In this document: piece by piece, positions 29,949-40,438 of the stretch
Layout of the letters: each line of letters begins with the position of its first letter
How positions within the stretch are numbered: the stretch's first letter is position 1
Virus record (IMG/VR): IMGVR_UViG_3300028591_000103
Span: 1 to 64,000 of that record
Origin: a virus
Lineage: Duplodnaviria; Caudoviricetes
Length of the DNA stretch: 64,000 nt
Strand: one strand, 5' to 3'
Position numbers and translations under genes: made by a program
The notes under the pieces: generated by a model
Told to the model about the DNA's origin: nothing
What the model saw: the letters and a program-made list of their open reading frames with translations, nothing else
Databases searched by the model: none

Positions 29949-32900
29949 TCATCCCACAGATAAGCGTTCAACTTGTTGTGGGATTCCTTTATCGGAGAAT
30001 TGGTCATTTGCAGATTGATTGGATTTCGTCTGCATTCTTTGTCTTCTTTGCTGATTTTTCTCCCTCATCAGCTTTAACATTTCTTCCAATTTGTTTTCAA
30101 TTTGTACTGATCTCACATTATACGTGTTCGTCAGAATTGCATTAATTCGAGAATCAGCACTGGTAGATGTTGCTTGAGATGAATACTGATTCACAATTAC
30201 AGGCTGACCGTAACCATATCCTGTATCATATGCTTGTGGAATCACATCAGCTGTTGATGACATTGTTGTATTCATCACAAACGCAGGACCCGATGGAACA
30301 TCACCAGAAGCCATGCCTGCTTCATTCATCATCGAATGAACTGTATCCCAGTCATATTCTGGAGGTGTCGTATATCTCGTGAGACTATCCATGTATTCCT
30401 GGTTCTTACGGTTCTCTTCCTGGTCCTTCACGTATTGTTGATAAACAGGACTTTGATCCATGTTGTAATTATATCCAGTCGGTTGTGTTGGTACATACAA
30501 TGATCCATTCGGTTTTACCCAAACTTCTCCCCAACTATTACGACCTCTTAGATATACTTTGAGTGTAGATTTATCTACCCAAGTCTGATATGTTTCTCCC
30601 GCAGCATTTGTGACATATCCGCTATTACCCATATCGATCAATTCGCTTACCGATAGACCATTGATATAGCTTTTTGTATATGCACCGTCATATATTCTAT
30701 AGATCGTCTTTCTAAGAGTTTTAACAGCATCTTCGGAATACTTTGAATTCTTTACGGGAGTATTCGCTGTAACTGTGATCGGAGTTGAATATGATTCCGG
30801 AATCTTGATCTTAGGTTCATTTCCAGTCACCTTCTGACGGAACAACTGTCCTGCGATTGTTAAAGGATAATCAGCAACAAGATATGTTGTTTTCGTTCCA
30901 GTACCAGGTGCTGTGTAGATCCATTCCGAAACTTCGCTTTTATTGGCTCTCCATGTATTGTCTCCAGGTGTGTTTGTCTTTTTCCAACAACTTGCAAGAA
31001 CCTCACCGGCAGCATTATACATCTTGCCATTTTCGATTTTTGCGATTGTCATTGATGTCTTATCTTTTGCCACTGTTCCAGCAGCTGCTGCGGATGTTGC
31101 GTTTATGGATTTTCCACCCGTTTCTGAACCAGACCAATCATATGATGAATCAATAGAAGCTGAACTTGATCCGCGGGTTCTGTTCACACGGTTCAATCCA
31201 GTGATACCACTTGCCTCAGGATCAATCCATCCTTCATCCAGTAACCAGTTATACACACCGACCGCTGTACCGATATATTTACGAGGTCCTTCTACAGTAT
31301 GGATGACTTCAGGCACAAGAGCTCCACGATACCAGTGTTCAGAACCTTCGATCAAGTCGTCTGAATTCATGTAAGGACCATATCTATCACCAAAATCAAG
31401 AGCCCATCCAGATCGTCCGGTCGCTTGGTTGTAAGCTTCTAAATCAGCCTCATCATAATCATTATGTCTCACAAGAGCATATTGGTTGTCACTACCCTCA
31501 TCGAAGTATGTTCTTTGTACATATTGAAGCTGTTCTTCGATAGTATCACCGTAATCAATACTTGTGTCTTGCCAGTTCATGATACCCATTGCTTGTTGAC
31601 CATTCTTATCATGTGTAACATTAAGAAGAGATTTATCACCCCATAGTTTTTCACCACGGTCTTCCCAGATACCCATTGATGTAATAGCAGCGACTTCAGG
31701 GCCAGTCAATCCTGCAGAGAATGCTGTATCGATAAAGTCTTCGACACCAGCTTGATCTTGATAATTTGGCCAAGCGTTACCGGATTCAAGATCTCCTTCG
31801 AATGGGACTTCGCCATATGGTGCATAACCATAGTCACTTCCCTCTTCCCAATGGAAGAATGAGTGCGGGTTCATGATCTCACCGGTTTCACCATCTCGAA
31901 TTTCATAGTGCAAATGTTGTCCGTAAGATTTACCGGTGTCTCCCATGATACCGAGTTGGTCACCACCATAAACGTAGTCACCTTCCTCAACCATCGGACC
32001 AGGATCCTCACGCATATGTGCATACAGGTGAATATCTCCACCTTCGTCCTTTATCTTGACAAATGTTCCATATCCGTCGCCATATGATGTCTTTGCAGTT
32101 CCTATAACTTCACCATCGGTTGTTGCAAGTATTGGAATCTCACCACCTAAAGTGAAGTCAACACCTGCGTGTACACGTCCATCATTCGTACCTTCTGCGT
32201 CCTTATCGACAGGACGTCCACGCCATCTGAACGGACTTGACATCATTGTTCCTAATAACATCTTATCCATCCACTCACCCATGACGGTGTTTGGAACAGC
32301 CGTATCAGTCCATCCAGTAGCATCGTTTTCAAACACTGTCGGATCATACTCATCGGTGTACAAACGAGCACCCTTATCGGAATAGAAACCACTGTCAAAG
32401 TATTCATCATCATCCCAATATCCACCAGACAATTCTTCCATCATTGATTGGAAACCACCTGCTTCAACATCATCAGCAGCCTTGGTCATTGATTCGGCAA
32501 AATTGTCCATGAATCCAGGATTCTCTTCACTACCCAATGTGTAGTTGATTAACTTCGTTGCACCTTCATCAGAACCGTCAGCAACGGATTTGACCTTTGT
32601 ACGAACAGCTTCTGTTGCAGCCATTGTCCAGTATCTCTTCTTATTTCTCTCGAAACGTTTGTTATATTCAGCATCCGTTTCGCCTTCAAAACGAGGAGAT
32701 TCTTTCTCAAATAACTCACGAGCTTTCGCATCAAGTTCCGATCTTTCTTCATCAGACAGACCGGATGCATCGATTTCAGCCTGTTTGTATTTCTCTTCAT
32801 TGGTTGCTTTATCCAAGCTCTCATTGATTCTATCTGTTTCAGATCCACCGGTGAACATCGAAATGATATTACCGACAATGCTCTTCAGATTCGAGAGTGC

Positions 32901-35900
32901 ATCTTGGACTTCGTCACTGAACTTGTATGGTGCATTATCATCACCGGCACCAATGATGTTATTGAATCCAAATGCCGGTGCTGCATTACCAGAACCATAC
33001 AGACCAAGAACAGAACTAGAAGCGAGAGAAGACATCGAGCGTCTTTCAACACGTCCTGTCATCGGATTCGATACAAATGCCGTACCACCAGAAGAACCGA
33101 CAACGTTCATGAAGTGATTATTTCCACGGCGTGTTGTATAATCTGTGCCACTACCAATGACTGTGATAGGATTGTCAGGCGTTGCTTGTCTCAAAGATCC
33201 AACCGTGACTCCGCCAGGTGTCAAATTCATACCCATACTTCTAGAAGCATTGATATAACCCTGAACAGATGTGCCTGCAGAAGGATTGTATGCACCCGCA
33301 GAACTCATAGCTGTTGCCAATCCGCGAGGATCAACAGCACTACCAGAACGTCTGGAATATGCATCTGCTAATGCAACAGGACCACAACCACGTTGAGCCA
33401 TATTAAGATAATTTCCATATCTCGATTGTGCTCCATATCCCCCATAGATGGAACTGTAATCAGCATCACCCGCACCGACCAAACCTTCCATCGGAGAAGT
33501 GTTTAATGATTCTGGTATCGGTGTCCTCTTTTCACGTGTTTCTTCTTCTTTGTCCTCTTCAGTATTTACACCAAGGACATTTGCCCAAGTTTCACCAGCA
33601 AGTGTGACACTTTTCTTCATACCGTCAACAACATTATGCGCACCGGATTTTGTCATGTTCGTACCCATATCAAATAACTTCTTACCGGTTTCAGCTGTAC
33701 TATCACTTGATGTCAACCATTTTACGATTGTTCCAACTGCCATCAATACACCACCGATAGCAGTAATGATGATACCGAGACCGACTTGTACGATACCGAG
33801 CAATATTTCAAGCGTATTTCCTATCGCTCTTAATACAGGTACAACAACTGTCTGAAGAATTGCTGTTAATGGAACAAGAAGTATTTCGACCAATCCTGTT
33901 ATCATTTCCAGAATCGGACTTAATATATCCATGATTTGTTCGAGAAGCGGTCCGATTGCTTCCAACAGAGGTTTGATGAATTCAACAACAGCTTCTACAA
34001 TCTGAACAACATACTCGATGATTTGTTTCAGAACTTTCGCAACTGTTGCCATCAGAGGTTTCAAAGCGGTATACAGTTTCTGGAATGCTTTGTTCAAAGG
34101 TTGTAAAGCTGTCTTCAAGACCTTCATACCAAGATCCATAATCTTTTTAACCGCAGCCATAGAAAGAACCACAGTCAACACAGCTTTCGCGATACCCATC
34201 AGGATACCGCTCATACCACCAAGAATTTTACCAAGATCGAAACCAATACCTTTCTTACCAGCAGATGCAGCTGCTCCTGCTGCAGCACCAGAAGTTGCGG
34301 CCGACGTTGCTTTTGCTGCGGTTATATCAGTTGCTGATATTCCTGGCATTGTCGTAGCGGAATCAATAGATGGCATTGATGGAGTTACACCTGCTGGAGT
34401 TGTAGGCATTGTACTACCATATCCTGCAGGAATATTTCGTGCAGTCAGATCCGTTCCGCCTGCACTTTCACCACCACCACCAATAGACTGCATTTCGGTA
34501 CTACCACCACTTGCTGTGGTACTTGTACCTCCACTGCTACTACCAGCAGATTTCGTTTCCAGTGATTTCACACCATTTTCGAAAACAGTCTTTAGATTCA
34601 TGATGCCTGATAACATTCTTGAGAGAACCGTTTCACCTGCACCAGATTTACCGTCTTTACTCTTTAACAGATCAAAGATTCCTTTCGTGGATTGATCTGC
34701 AAGAGTCTGTGGTTTCATTTCCCTCTTACTTTCGAAAGCTGACATGAAACCTTGACCGAATTCTGTTTGTTTGAACTTGTCTCCTAATTTGGAGAAACTG
34801 TCCATAAATCCAGAACGTCGAGCACCCTGTTGTCCAGGAACCTCAATCGATTCCATTGTTGGATTTGCTACAGTTCCGCCTTGTCCTTGTTGCGGAACAG
34901 TGATACTATCCATCGTCGGAGATGTACCTTTGCGAGCACCAATATTATGTGCAGCATTGCTTGCTTTTGCTTTCATAATATCTGCTTTTCCGATGGATTC
35001 CATATCATTCTCTCCAGCAGGTTCTCCGAACATATAATTCCGGAATCTACCGAAGAGACCTGCAGATTCATCAGAACCCATGAAACCTTCTTTGATCGAT
35101 TGTCCGCCACGAACAATCATATTTCCAGAAGATTTCAAACTATTGATGATAGGTGCCAACAAGGTCTTTCCGAGAGATGTAACAAACGTTTTAGCTTTAC
35201 CGATAAATCCACCAAACGCAGTCTTTACAATTCCCCAACCCCACGTCAGAATCTTACCGAGTTTTGATGAAGCCGGTTTCTTGGAATCGCTACGCTTCAA
35301 AGTTCCTTCCACAATTGCATTCAATCGTGCTTTTAACTTTGGATTCTTGATTTCGGAAATCTGTGTGGATAATGCAGCCATGTCTTCTTTCGTGTCACCA
35401 TCTGCTGCGGACGCTGTCATTGCTTGAAGAACAGCATTTGCAATGTCACGATCTTCTTGATCTGTGTCTGCACTATTCATCTCATTCTGTGCAAGAGCTT
35501 TGTTGACTTCGATGGAGGCTGTTGCTTTTCCACGATCAGCGACATTTCCAAGATCATCAAATGTTTTATTGATTTCTCCACTGATAATATCAGAAACTTT
35601 GCCCAATGGATTTGTTACCCAGTCTTTGATTTGCTGACCGGTATCAGATTGGCCCTGTCCGCCTTGTTGTCCACCACCAGTACCACCGTCATTACCACCA
35701 CCGTCATCTCCACCAGTTCCAGCAGGTGGTGTGTTGACAGTTGCACCTTTCGTGACAGTAGCAGTTGCAGATGGTTTTGATGTTCCCGTGGAAGAAATGT
35801 GTTTAACATGCATTTTGCTGAATGCTTTCTTTCGAGAACCATTCACAGCAAATACATTGATACCGCGATTCAATATCTCAAAGATTGACGCAACATAATC

Positions 35901-37658
35901 CAATGTCGTATCAGTAGACTTCTTGAAAGTATCACCAATGGATCCAAGAACTTCAGACTGACGCATTCTCTCCAGATCTGCTTTTCGTTCAGCTTCAGCA
36001 GAAGCACTGTCAGTTTTCTTAAATCCTTTTGGTATATCTTCTTCTTTGATGAGACCCTGCTCAATCAACTCACCATATGTGAGTGTAGATTTTCCACTCA
36101 CGTTCTTGAGATATTTATTAGCAACATCATCAATCATTTGATCCGTAATTGGACCGATGTCATGTGTATCGTGTGCATTCTGTGCATATTTTTTCAGATT
36201 GTTGTGTGATTTATCAATCTGCTGTTGTAATGTTATGACAAACGAAGTTCTCATAGACTTATCTGTCAATAATTTTGATGTAATAAAATCAACAGCTTCT
36301 TGCCATTCAGCACGAGACTTTCCATCAGTATGATTGCGAGCTAAAGCATCAACAACACGATCATTTATTTCTTGGATACCACCATCTTCAAATGTCTCTT
36401 GAGGTATTGTGACGTTGCCTTTTCTACGGAAGTGATTTATATAATAATACGTGAAAATACGTTGTGCTTTGTTAATCATCGATGAGTCAAGTTTCGTACC
36501 GGACGAAACACGTTTGCCTTCAACATACCGGGTATTGAATCCAGATGTTATAGAACCTCTCAACACATTCGCAAATCCGGATTCTCGTTCTGTGGTAAGA
36601 GTTCCTTCAGATGATACCCATAATGTTTGACCAGTAACAGCTTCGGTGATACGTCTCAAATATCCAGGGATGATATCAATGATTGTTTTTCGTGTCATTC
36701 CATCAAACACGGCTTTATCGCGATTATATTGATTTTCAATGAATAAACTATAATCTTGATTTGCTCGTCTAGATGTATGATCACCGAATAATTTCTTGAA
36801 TAGTTTATTGTTCAATAACTTCGTCAAGAAATTATTTTGTGCATTGGCTATCTTGGTATCAATATCCTCTTGGAGTTGTTCGTATGTTTTGCCACCGATT
36901 TTGATTTTATCGCCGAACATTCCAGGAATCATACCTGCTAATGAACCAAGCATCTGTGCATTTGATTCTCCACCCATAGAACCCATAGACAGAAAACTTT
37001 TGAGCATGGATATGGGCATTGCAATCATCTGTAATTTATCGCTGGCTGTGCTCTTAGCAAAATTAAATACAGATCCAAATGTCAGATTACCACTGGCATC
37101 AAATGGTCCATTGTTTCGACTTTGTTGCTTTTTCGATATTGTCGTCAGTTCAATCAACTTATCGAGTTTTGAACCAATGCTTGTCAAAGATGAATTGATA
37201 TTGCCTAAAGATGCAATAATTTCGGATGAACGAGTATTCATCGTTGAGATGATTTCAGATGCAGTCATTGCAGAAGCTTCAGTCTGTTTTCCAGCAATCT
37301 CATACATGGAACTGACTTGACTTTTTGCAATATCTTTCATGGACTCATAATCCAATACTTTCGCTTTTGGCTCATCTTCTTTTTCATCAGCACCAAATTG
37401 GAAACCTGCATCAAAATCATCATCGTCATTATCAAATGCAGAATTTTGTCCAAGCTCATCACTACGATGGAACAACGAATCTGTGACTTTCTTGAATTGT
37501 GCACTATTGCGAATTTCACGATACTTTTCGACAGCGGTTCTTCCACCAGTCATCAATGTATCTTTGATATTTTCTGCATCTGATTTCAATTCACTGATTG
37601 ATTGCGGTACCAACGATGATCCGAAACCCTTTGCAAAATCCAATAAAAGATTCGGCAT
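29949..37658 (-). CDS. Giant tail protein B (paralog of A) with C39-like peptidase, M23 peptidase and lysozyme-like domains
   Basis: Shared MPNLL.DF start and colinear blocks with protein A; RGCGPVALA...HFMNVVG...VSNP; HAGVDF...YAHM...HLHYEIR; AAITSMGIWE...MGIMNW. Confidence 0.8.
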   Translation of the reverse strand: MPNLLLDFAKGFGSSLVPQSISELKSDAENIKDTLMTGGRTAVEKYREIRNSAQFKKVTDSLFHRSDELGQNSAFDNDDDDFDAGFQFGADEKEDEPKAKVLDYESMKDIAKSQVSSMYEIAGKQTEASAMTASEIISTMNTRSSEIIASLGNINSSLTSIGSKLDKLIELTTISKKQQSRNNGPFDASGNLTFGSVFNFAKSTASDKLQMIAMPISMLKSFLSMGSMGGESNAQMLGSLAGMIPGMFGDKIKIGGKTYEQLQEDIDTKIANAQNNFLTKLLNNKLFKKLFGDHTSRRANQDYSLFIENQYNRDKAVFDGMTRKTIIDIIPGYLRRITEAVTGQTLWVSSEGTLTTERESGFANVLRGSITSGFNTRYVEGKRVSSGTKLDSSMINKAQRIFTYYYINHFRRKGNVTIPQETFEDGGIQEINDRVVDALARNHTDGKSRAEWQEAVDFITSKLLTDKSMRTSFVITLQQQIDKSHNNLKKYAQNAHDTHDIGPITDQMIDDVANKYLKNVSGKSTLTYGELIEQGLIKEEDIPKGFKKTDSASAEAERKADLERMRQSEVLGSIGDTFKKSTDTTLDYVASIFEILNRGINVFAVNGSRKKAFSKMHVKHISSTGTSKPSATATVTKGATVNTPPAGTGGDDGGGNDGGTGGGQQGGQGQSDTGQQIKDWVTNPLGKVSDIISGEINKTFDDLGNVADRGKATASIEVNKALAQNEMNSADTDQEDRDIANAVLQAMTASAADGDTKEDMAALSTQISEIKNPKLKARLNAIVEGTLKRSDSKKPASSKLGKILTWGWGIVKTAFGGFIGKAKTFVTSLGKTLLAPIINSLKSSGNMIVRGGQSIKEGFMGSDESAGLFGRFRNYMFGEPAGENDMESIGKADIMKAKASNAAHNIGARKGTSPTMDSITVPQQGQGGTVANPTMESIEVPGQQGARRSGFMDSFSKLGDKFKQTEFGQGFMSAFESKREMKPQTLADQSTKGIFDLLKSKDGKSGAGETVLSRMLSGIMNLKTVFENGVKSLETKSAGSSSGGTSTTASGGSTEMQSIGGGGESAGGTDLTARNIPAGYGSTMPTTPAGVTPSMPSIDSATTMPGISATDITAAKATSAATSGAAAGAAASAGKKGIGFDLGKILGGMSGILMGIAKAVLTVVLSMAAVKKIMDLGMKVLKTALQPLNKAFQKLYTALKPLMATVAKVLKQIIEYVVQIVEAVVEFIKPLLEAIGPLLEQIMDILSPILEMITGLVEILLVPLTAILQTVVVPVLRAIGNTLEILLGIVQVGLGIIITAIGGVLMAVGTIVKWLTSSDSTAETGKKLFDMGTNMTKSGAHNVVDGMKKSVTLAGETWANVLGVNTEEDKEEETREKRTPIPESLNTSPMEGLVGAGDADYSSIYGGYGAQSRYGNYLNMAQRGCGPVALADAYSRRSGSAVDPRGLATAMSSAGAYNPSAGTSVQGYINASRSMGMNLTPGGVTVGSLRQATPDNPITVIGSGTDYTTRRGNNHFMNVVGSSGGTAFVSNPMTGRVERRSMSSLASSSVLGLYGSGNAAPAFGFNNIIGAGDDNAPYKFSDEVQDALSNLKSIVGNIISMFTGGSETDRINESLDKATNEEKYKQAEIDASGLSDEERSELDAKARELFEKESPRFEGETDAEYNKRFERNKKRYWTMAATEAVRTKVKSVADGSDEGATKLINYTLGSEENPGFMDNFAESMTKAADDVEAGGFQSMMEELSGGYWDDDEYFDSGFYSDKGARLYTDEYDPTVFENDATGWTDTAVPNTVMGEWMDKMLLGTMMSSPFRWRGRPVDKDAEGTNDGRVHAGVDFTLGGEIPILATTDGEVIGTAKTSYGDGYGTFVKIKDEGGDIHLYAHMREDPGPMVEEGDYVYGGDQLGIMGDTGKSYGQHLHYEIRDGETGEIMNPHSFFHWEEGSDYGYAPYGEVPFEGDLESGNAWPNYQDQAGVEDFIDTAFSAGLTGPEVAAITSMGIWEDRGEKLWGDKSLLNVTHDKNGQQAMGIMNWQDTSIDYGDTIEEQLQYVQRTYFDEGSDNQYALVRHNDYDEADLEAYNQATGRSGWALDFGDRYGPYMNSDDLIEGSEHWYRGALVPEVIHTVEGPRKYIGTAVGVYNWLLDEGWIDPEASGITGLNRVNRTRGSSSASIDSSYDWSGSETGGKSINATSAAAAGTVAKDKTSMTIAKIENGKMYNAAGEVLASCWKKTNTPGDNTWRANKSEVSEWIYTAPGTGTKTTYLVADYPLTIAGQLFRQKVTGNEPKIKIPESYSTPITVTANTPVKNSKYSEDAVKTLRKTIYRIYDGAYTKSYINGLSVSELIDMGNSGYVTNAAGETYQTWVDKSTLKVYLRGRNSWGEVWVKPNGSLYVPTQPTGYNYNMDQSPVYQQYVKDQEENRKNQEYMDSLTRYTTPPEYDWDTVHSMMNEAGMASGDVPSGPAFVMNTTMSSTADVIPQAYDTGYGYGQPVIVNQYSSQATSTSADSRINAILTNTYNVRSVQIENKLEEMLKLMREKNQQRRQRMQTKSNQSANDQFSDKGIPQQVERLSVG

Positions 37659-37709
37659 ATCATTCATCTCCTTTCATGAGAATTTGAGGTATATAAATTA
37701 ACATAGAGA

Positions 37710-37734
37710 ATGCGTGGGCCGAGAGCCCACGCAT
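37710..37734 (-). terminator. Intrinsic terminator
   Basis: atgcgtgggc cgaga gcccacgcat. Confidence 0.75.
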
Positions 37735-37761
37735 CATCTCTCTGTGTTGTTTTCATTGTGA

Positions 37762-38529
37762 TTAGAAGAATTGGATCAAATCTATTTCATCGAGATGGAA
37801 TGTATTTGTCCATTTTTCAACCAATGCATTTCGCGCATCTTCAGCTCCAGACCAGTCATCAATACGCAATTGAATTTCTTTGAATGCCGATCCAACATTG
37901 TTCATATTCTTCAACGTATTATAGAGAACACGTTTCACATCCAATGTCGCTAACTCCATAAAAGATTCACGACACGAGATAGGAATTGTTTCCAATGATG
38001 GATCATGATCACACTTTGCAACGAATTTCACGTATGCTTCTTTTGGGAAATCAAACAGTTGAATCTTGTTGAATCCCAACCACTTTGATGTTTGTGGACG
38101 AGATGTCACACCTGCATATTTATTAATAGCAGCTCCTGTTGCATTTGCATTCAAAATATCCTGAGGATAATATGAACCAAATCCAACAAAAGGTGTTCCA
38201 ACTGTAAATGCATTGATAGCAGCTTCTTCATCTTGGTATTTGGAATTTGCCAAATAGGCATCTGCATATTGCACCGGAGTCCTTGTCAAAGTTTCTGGAA
38301 GAATATAAATCCCCATACTCTTTGAGAAGTCATCCGGTGAACGCAGATTTTTTATGGAATCGAAAGCTTCGCGAATCCATGGTTTATATTGAGAGAAGGT
38401 GCGAACAGATGTTTGAATAATCTCCTGTAACACGATCTCGGTCGGTTTGTTGAATGGAAGCGCAATGGTTTCCAAACCCAATGACAATTTGATGTCATTG
38501 ATAACATCCGAAATATTCAATGAATTCAC
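37762..38529 (-). CDS. Probable neck/head-tail connector protein
   Basis: 255 aa; GAGGAGG RBS; size, context and C-terminal IQLRIDDWSGAEDARNALVEKW resemble T4 gp13-type neck proteins. Confidence 0.55.
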   Translation of the reverse strand: MNSLNISDVINDIKLSLGLETIALPFNKPTEIVLQEIIQTSVRTFSQYKPWIREAFDSIKNLRSPDDFSKSMGIYILPETLTRTPVQYADAYLANSKYQDEEAAINAFTVGTPFVGFGSYYPQDILNANATGAAINKYAGVTSRPQTSKWLGFNKIQLFDFPKEAYVKFVAKCDHDPSLETIPISCRESFMELATLDVKRVLYNTLKNMNNVGSAFKEIQLRIDDWSGAEDARNALVEKWTNTFHLDEIDLIQFF

Positions 38530-38544
38530 ACCTCCTCACAACAA

Positions 38545-38730
38545 TCAATCCTTTGAAGGATCGGCCATAATACTTGCCAATGTTGGCATCGGTGGGTTAT
38601 TCTCTTGAACGGATTCGATATTACCCGAACCACGTTCTGACAGAGATTTTCCACACCAATCATCAAAAAGACAACCTGTCTCTTTGACGAATGTTGTGCA
38701 TGCTTCACATGCTTCTTGACTGAAGAGCAT
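38545..38730 (-). CDS. Small hypothetical protein
   Basis: 61 aa; AAGGG RBS; FSQEA/VQEN motifs. Confidence 0.55.
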   Translation of the reverse strand: MLFSQEACEACTTFVKETGCLFDDWCGKSLSERGSGNIESVQENNPPMPTLASIMADPSKD

Positions 38731-38758
38731 TTATCAACCCTTCTTTCAATCTTATTTC

Positions 38759-39823
38759 TTACGCATTATCAGCGGTAAGCTTGTCCTGATCTGCCTTGAT
38801 CTGGTCACGGAACTGCGCACGCTTGTCCATGTTCTTCATGCCCTTGTTCTTGGCATAGAACTTTTCCTCGGCAGTATCAACACGCGTGTCAACTTCCTTC
38901 CACATCTCATCAGTCTTCTTACGAAGCTCTTCGATGCGAGCAGTCTGCTTGTTGTTTGCTTCAGTGAGATCCTGAAGAATCGACTTTGATAACTGGACCA
39001 TTGTGTTGAGAACCGAAGAATTACCTGACTTCTTCAGATCATCATAACCTTCTCCTTCGGCCGCAGAATCAGCGTTTTCCTTAAGGCCTGCACACATTTT
39101 CTTGATGCGTTCTGCATTCTTGATGGCATTATCAAAAGCAAAAGAAGCCTTTCTGGTATTTGCTTCAAATTCACCGGCCTTAACAAATGATGTCTTCTCA
39201 AGAGCCTTGGACATTTTCTTTGCAGGATCATTCATGATACGCATGATTTTTCTGAGAACATCAAGTGATTCCTTTTCACGACCGTTGTTCAGCTTCTCAA
39301 CGCAATCCTCAACCATTGTTGCATACTGCTCGTATGAATCAACAGCATCGATCAGAGCTTCGAAATCAAACCACGGAATCAGAGCGGTCCAGGTGTCGTC
39401 ATCGTTACGCTCAACCTTGAAACCGGCCTTCTTGCAAGCTTTGACAACTTCAGAGTTGTTGAATCTATTCAGCTTTGCAATGTTATCCTTGCTGAACTTG
39501 GAGAAGAAACCGACAATCTTCTCTTTGATTGCTCTGAAGAATTTGCAGATAGCTGTCCAGATTGTCTGAAGAAGTTTGCCAGGCTTGGAGTTCTTAAACC
39601 GCTCACCGAGAGACGGCTTCTTTTCACCTTCGCCGCCATCTGTCAGATCTGCTGCTTCCATAATGGAATATGCAACGTCAGGATCTTCAACAGATTCCTG
39701 AATCATCACAGACTTCAGATACACGTCAGCAAGTGAAATAAGCACATTAGCTTCTGATTCAAGCACAACGTCATCAATGGCGTCGATTCTTTCGAGGATA
39801 CTTTCCTGAATCATTTCATTCAT
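38759..39823 (-). CDS. Internal head protein (paralog family with 59440-60684)
   Basis: 354 aa; MIQES twice and IMEA; shared N-terminal propeptide. Confidence 0.7.
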   Translation of the reverse strand: MNEMIQESILERIDAIDDVVLESEANVLISLADVYLKSVMIQESVEDPDVAYSIMEAADLTDGGEGEKKPSLGERFKNSKPGKLLQTIWTAICKFFRAIKEKIVGFFSKFSKDNIAKLNRFNNSEVVKACKKAGFKVERNDDDTWTALIPWFDFEALIDAVDSYEQYATMVEDCVEKLNNGREKESLDVLRKIMRIMNDPAKKMSKALEKTSFVKAGEFEANTRKASFAFDNAIKNAERIKKMCAGLKENADSAAEGEGYDDLKKSGNSSVLNTMVQLSKSILQDLTEANNKQTARIEELRKKTDEMWKEVDTRVDTAEEKFYAKNKGMKNMDKRAQFRDQIKADQDKLTADNA

Positions 39824-39841
39824 GATGTAACACTCCTTTTA

Positions 39842-40438
39842 TTATTTTGAATATGAATCGATAGCATGCATGACAGGTGTTTTCGTGTCATAGAATGCCA
39901 TTCGATTTTCGATAGATGCGATCTTTGGATTGGTCTTCGAATTACGAGTTGCCAACCAAAGATACAGAGACATATCGTCGCGATATACTCTTGCCAATTT
40001 GTTGTATTGGTTACGAGTCATTGCAACGAGCTGCTGTGATTCAATGTCAGAAAGATTTTCATTGATAGATTCCATGGTATTTTTCAATGCCAGAGATCCT
40101 TCCAGAAAAGTCTGATTCACATTCTTCATGTCTTCCAATGTATGTCGGACACGGTATGGAGACTTTTCTGACATATCAGAAAACATTCCGTCATAGTATT
40201 TCTTTGTGATTGGGATTACCTTACCGTCGTATTTTGAGGTCTGATCATCCCCGTTACGATAAGAAACATATCCTTCCAGAAATGTATTCATTTCATTCAG
40301 GATCTTACCGTAATCAAGTGATGAATACATCACATCGTCTTTCGGTCGGATGTTCGGAACGGTTTTGGCAACGTCTTCGAACATTGTCCGATATTCACAA
40401 ACGATTTGTCCAATCTCTTTTGCCATAACTTTCATCAT
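39842..40438 (-). CDS. Hypothetical virion protein
   Basis: ~198 aa; coupled to the upstream stop; start uncertain. Confidence 0.65.
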   Translation of the reverse strand: MMKVMAKEIGQIVCEYRTMFEDVAKTVPNIRPKDDVMYSSLDYGKILNEMNTFLEGYVSYRNGDDQTSKYDGKVIPITKKYYDGMFSDMSEKSPYRVRHTLEDMKNVNQTFLEGSLALKNTMESINENLSDIESQQLVAMTRNQYNKLARVYRDDMSLYLWLATRNSKTNPKIASIENRMAFYDTKTPVMHAIDSYSK

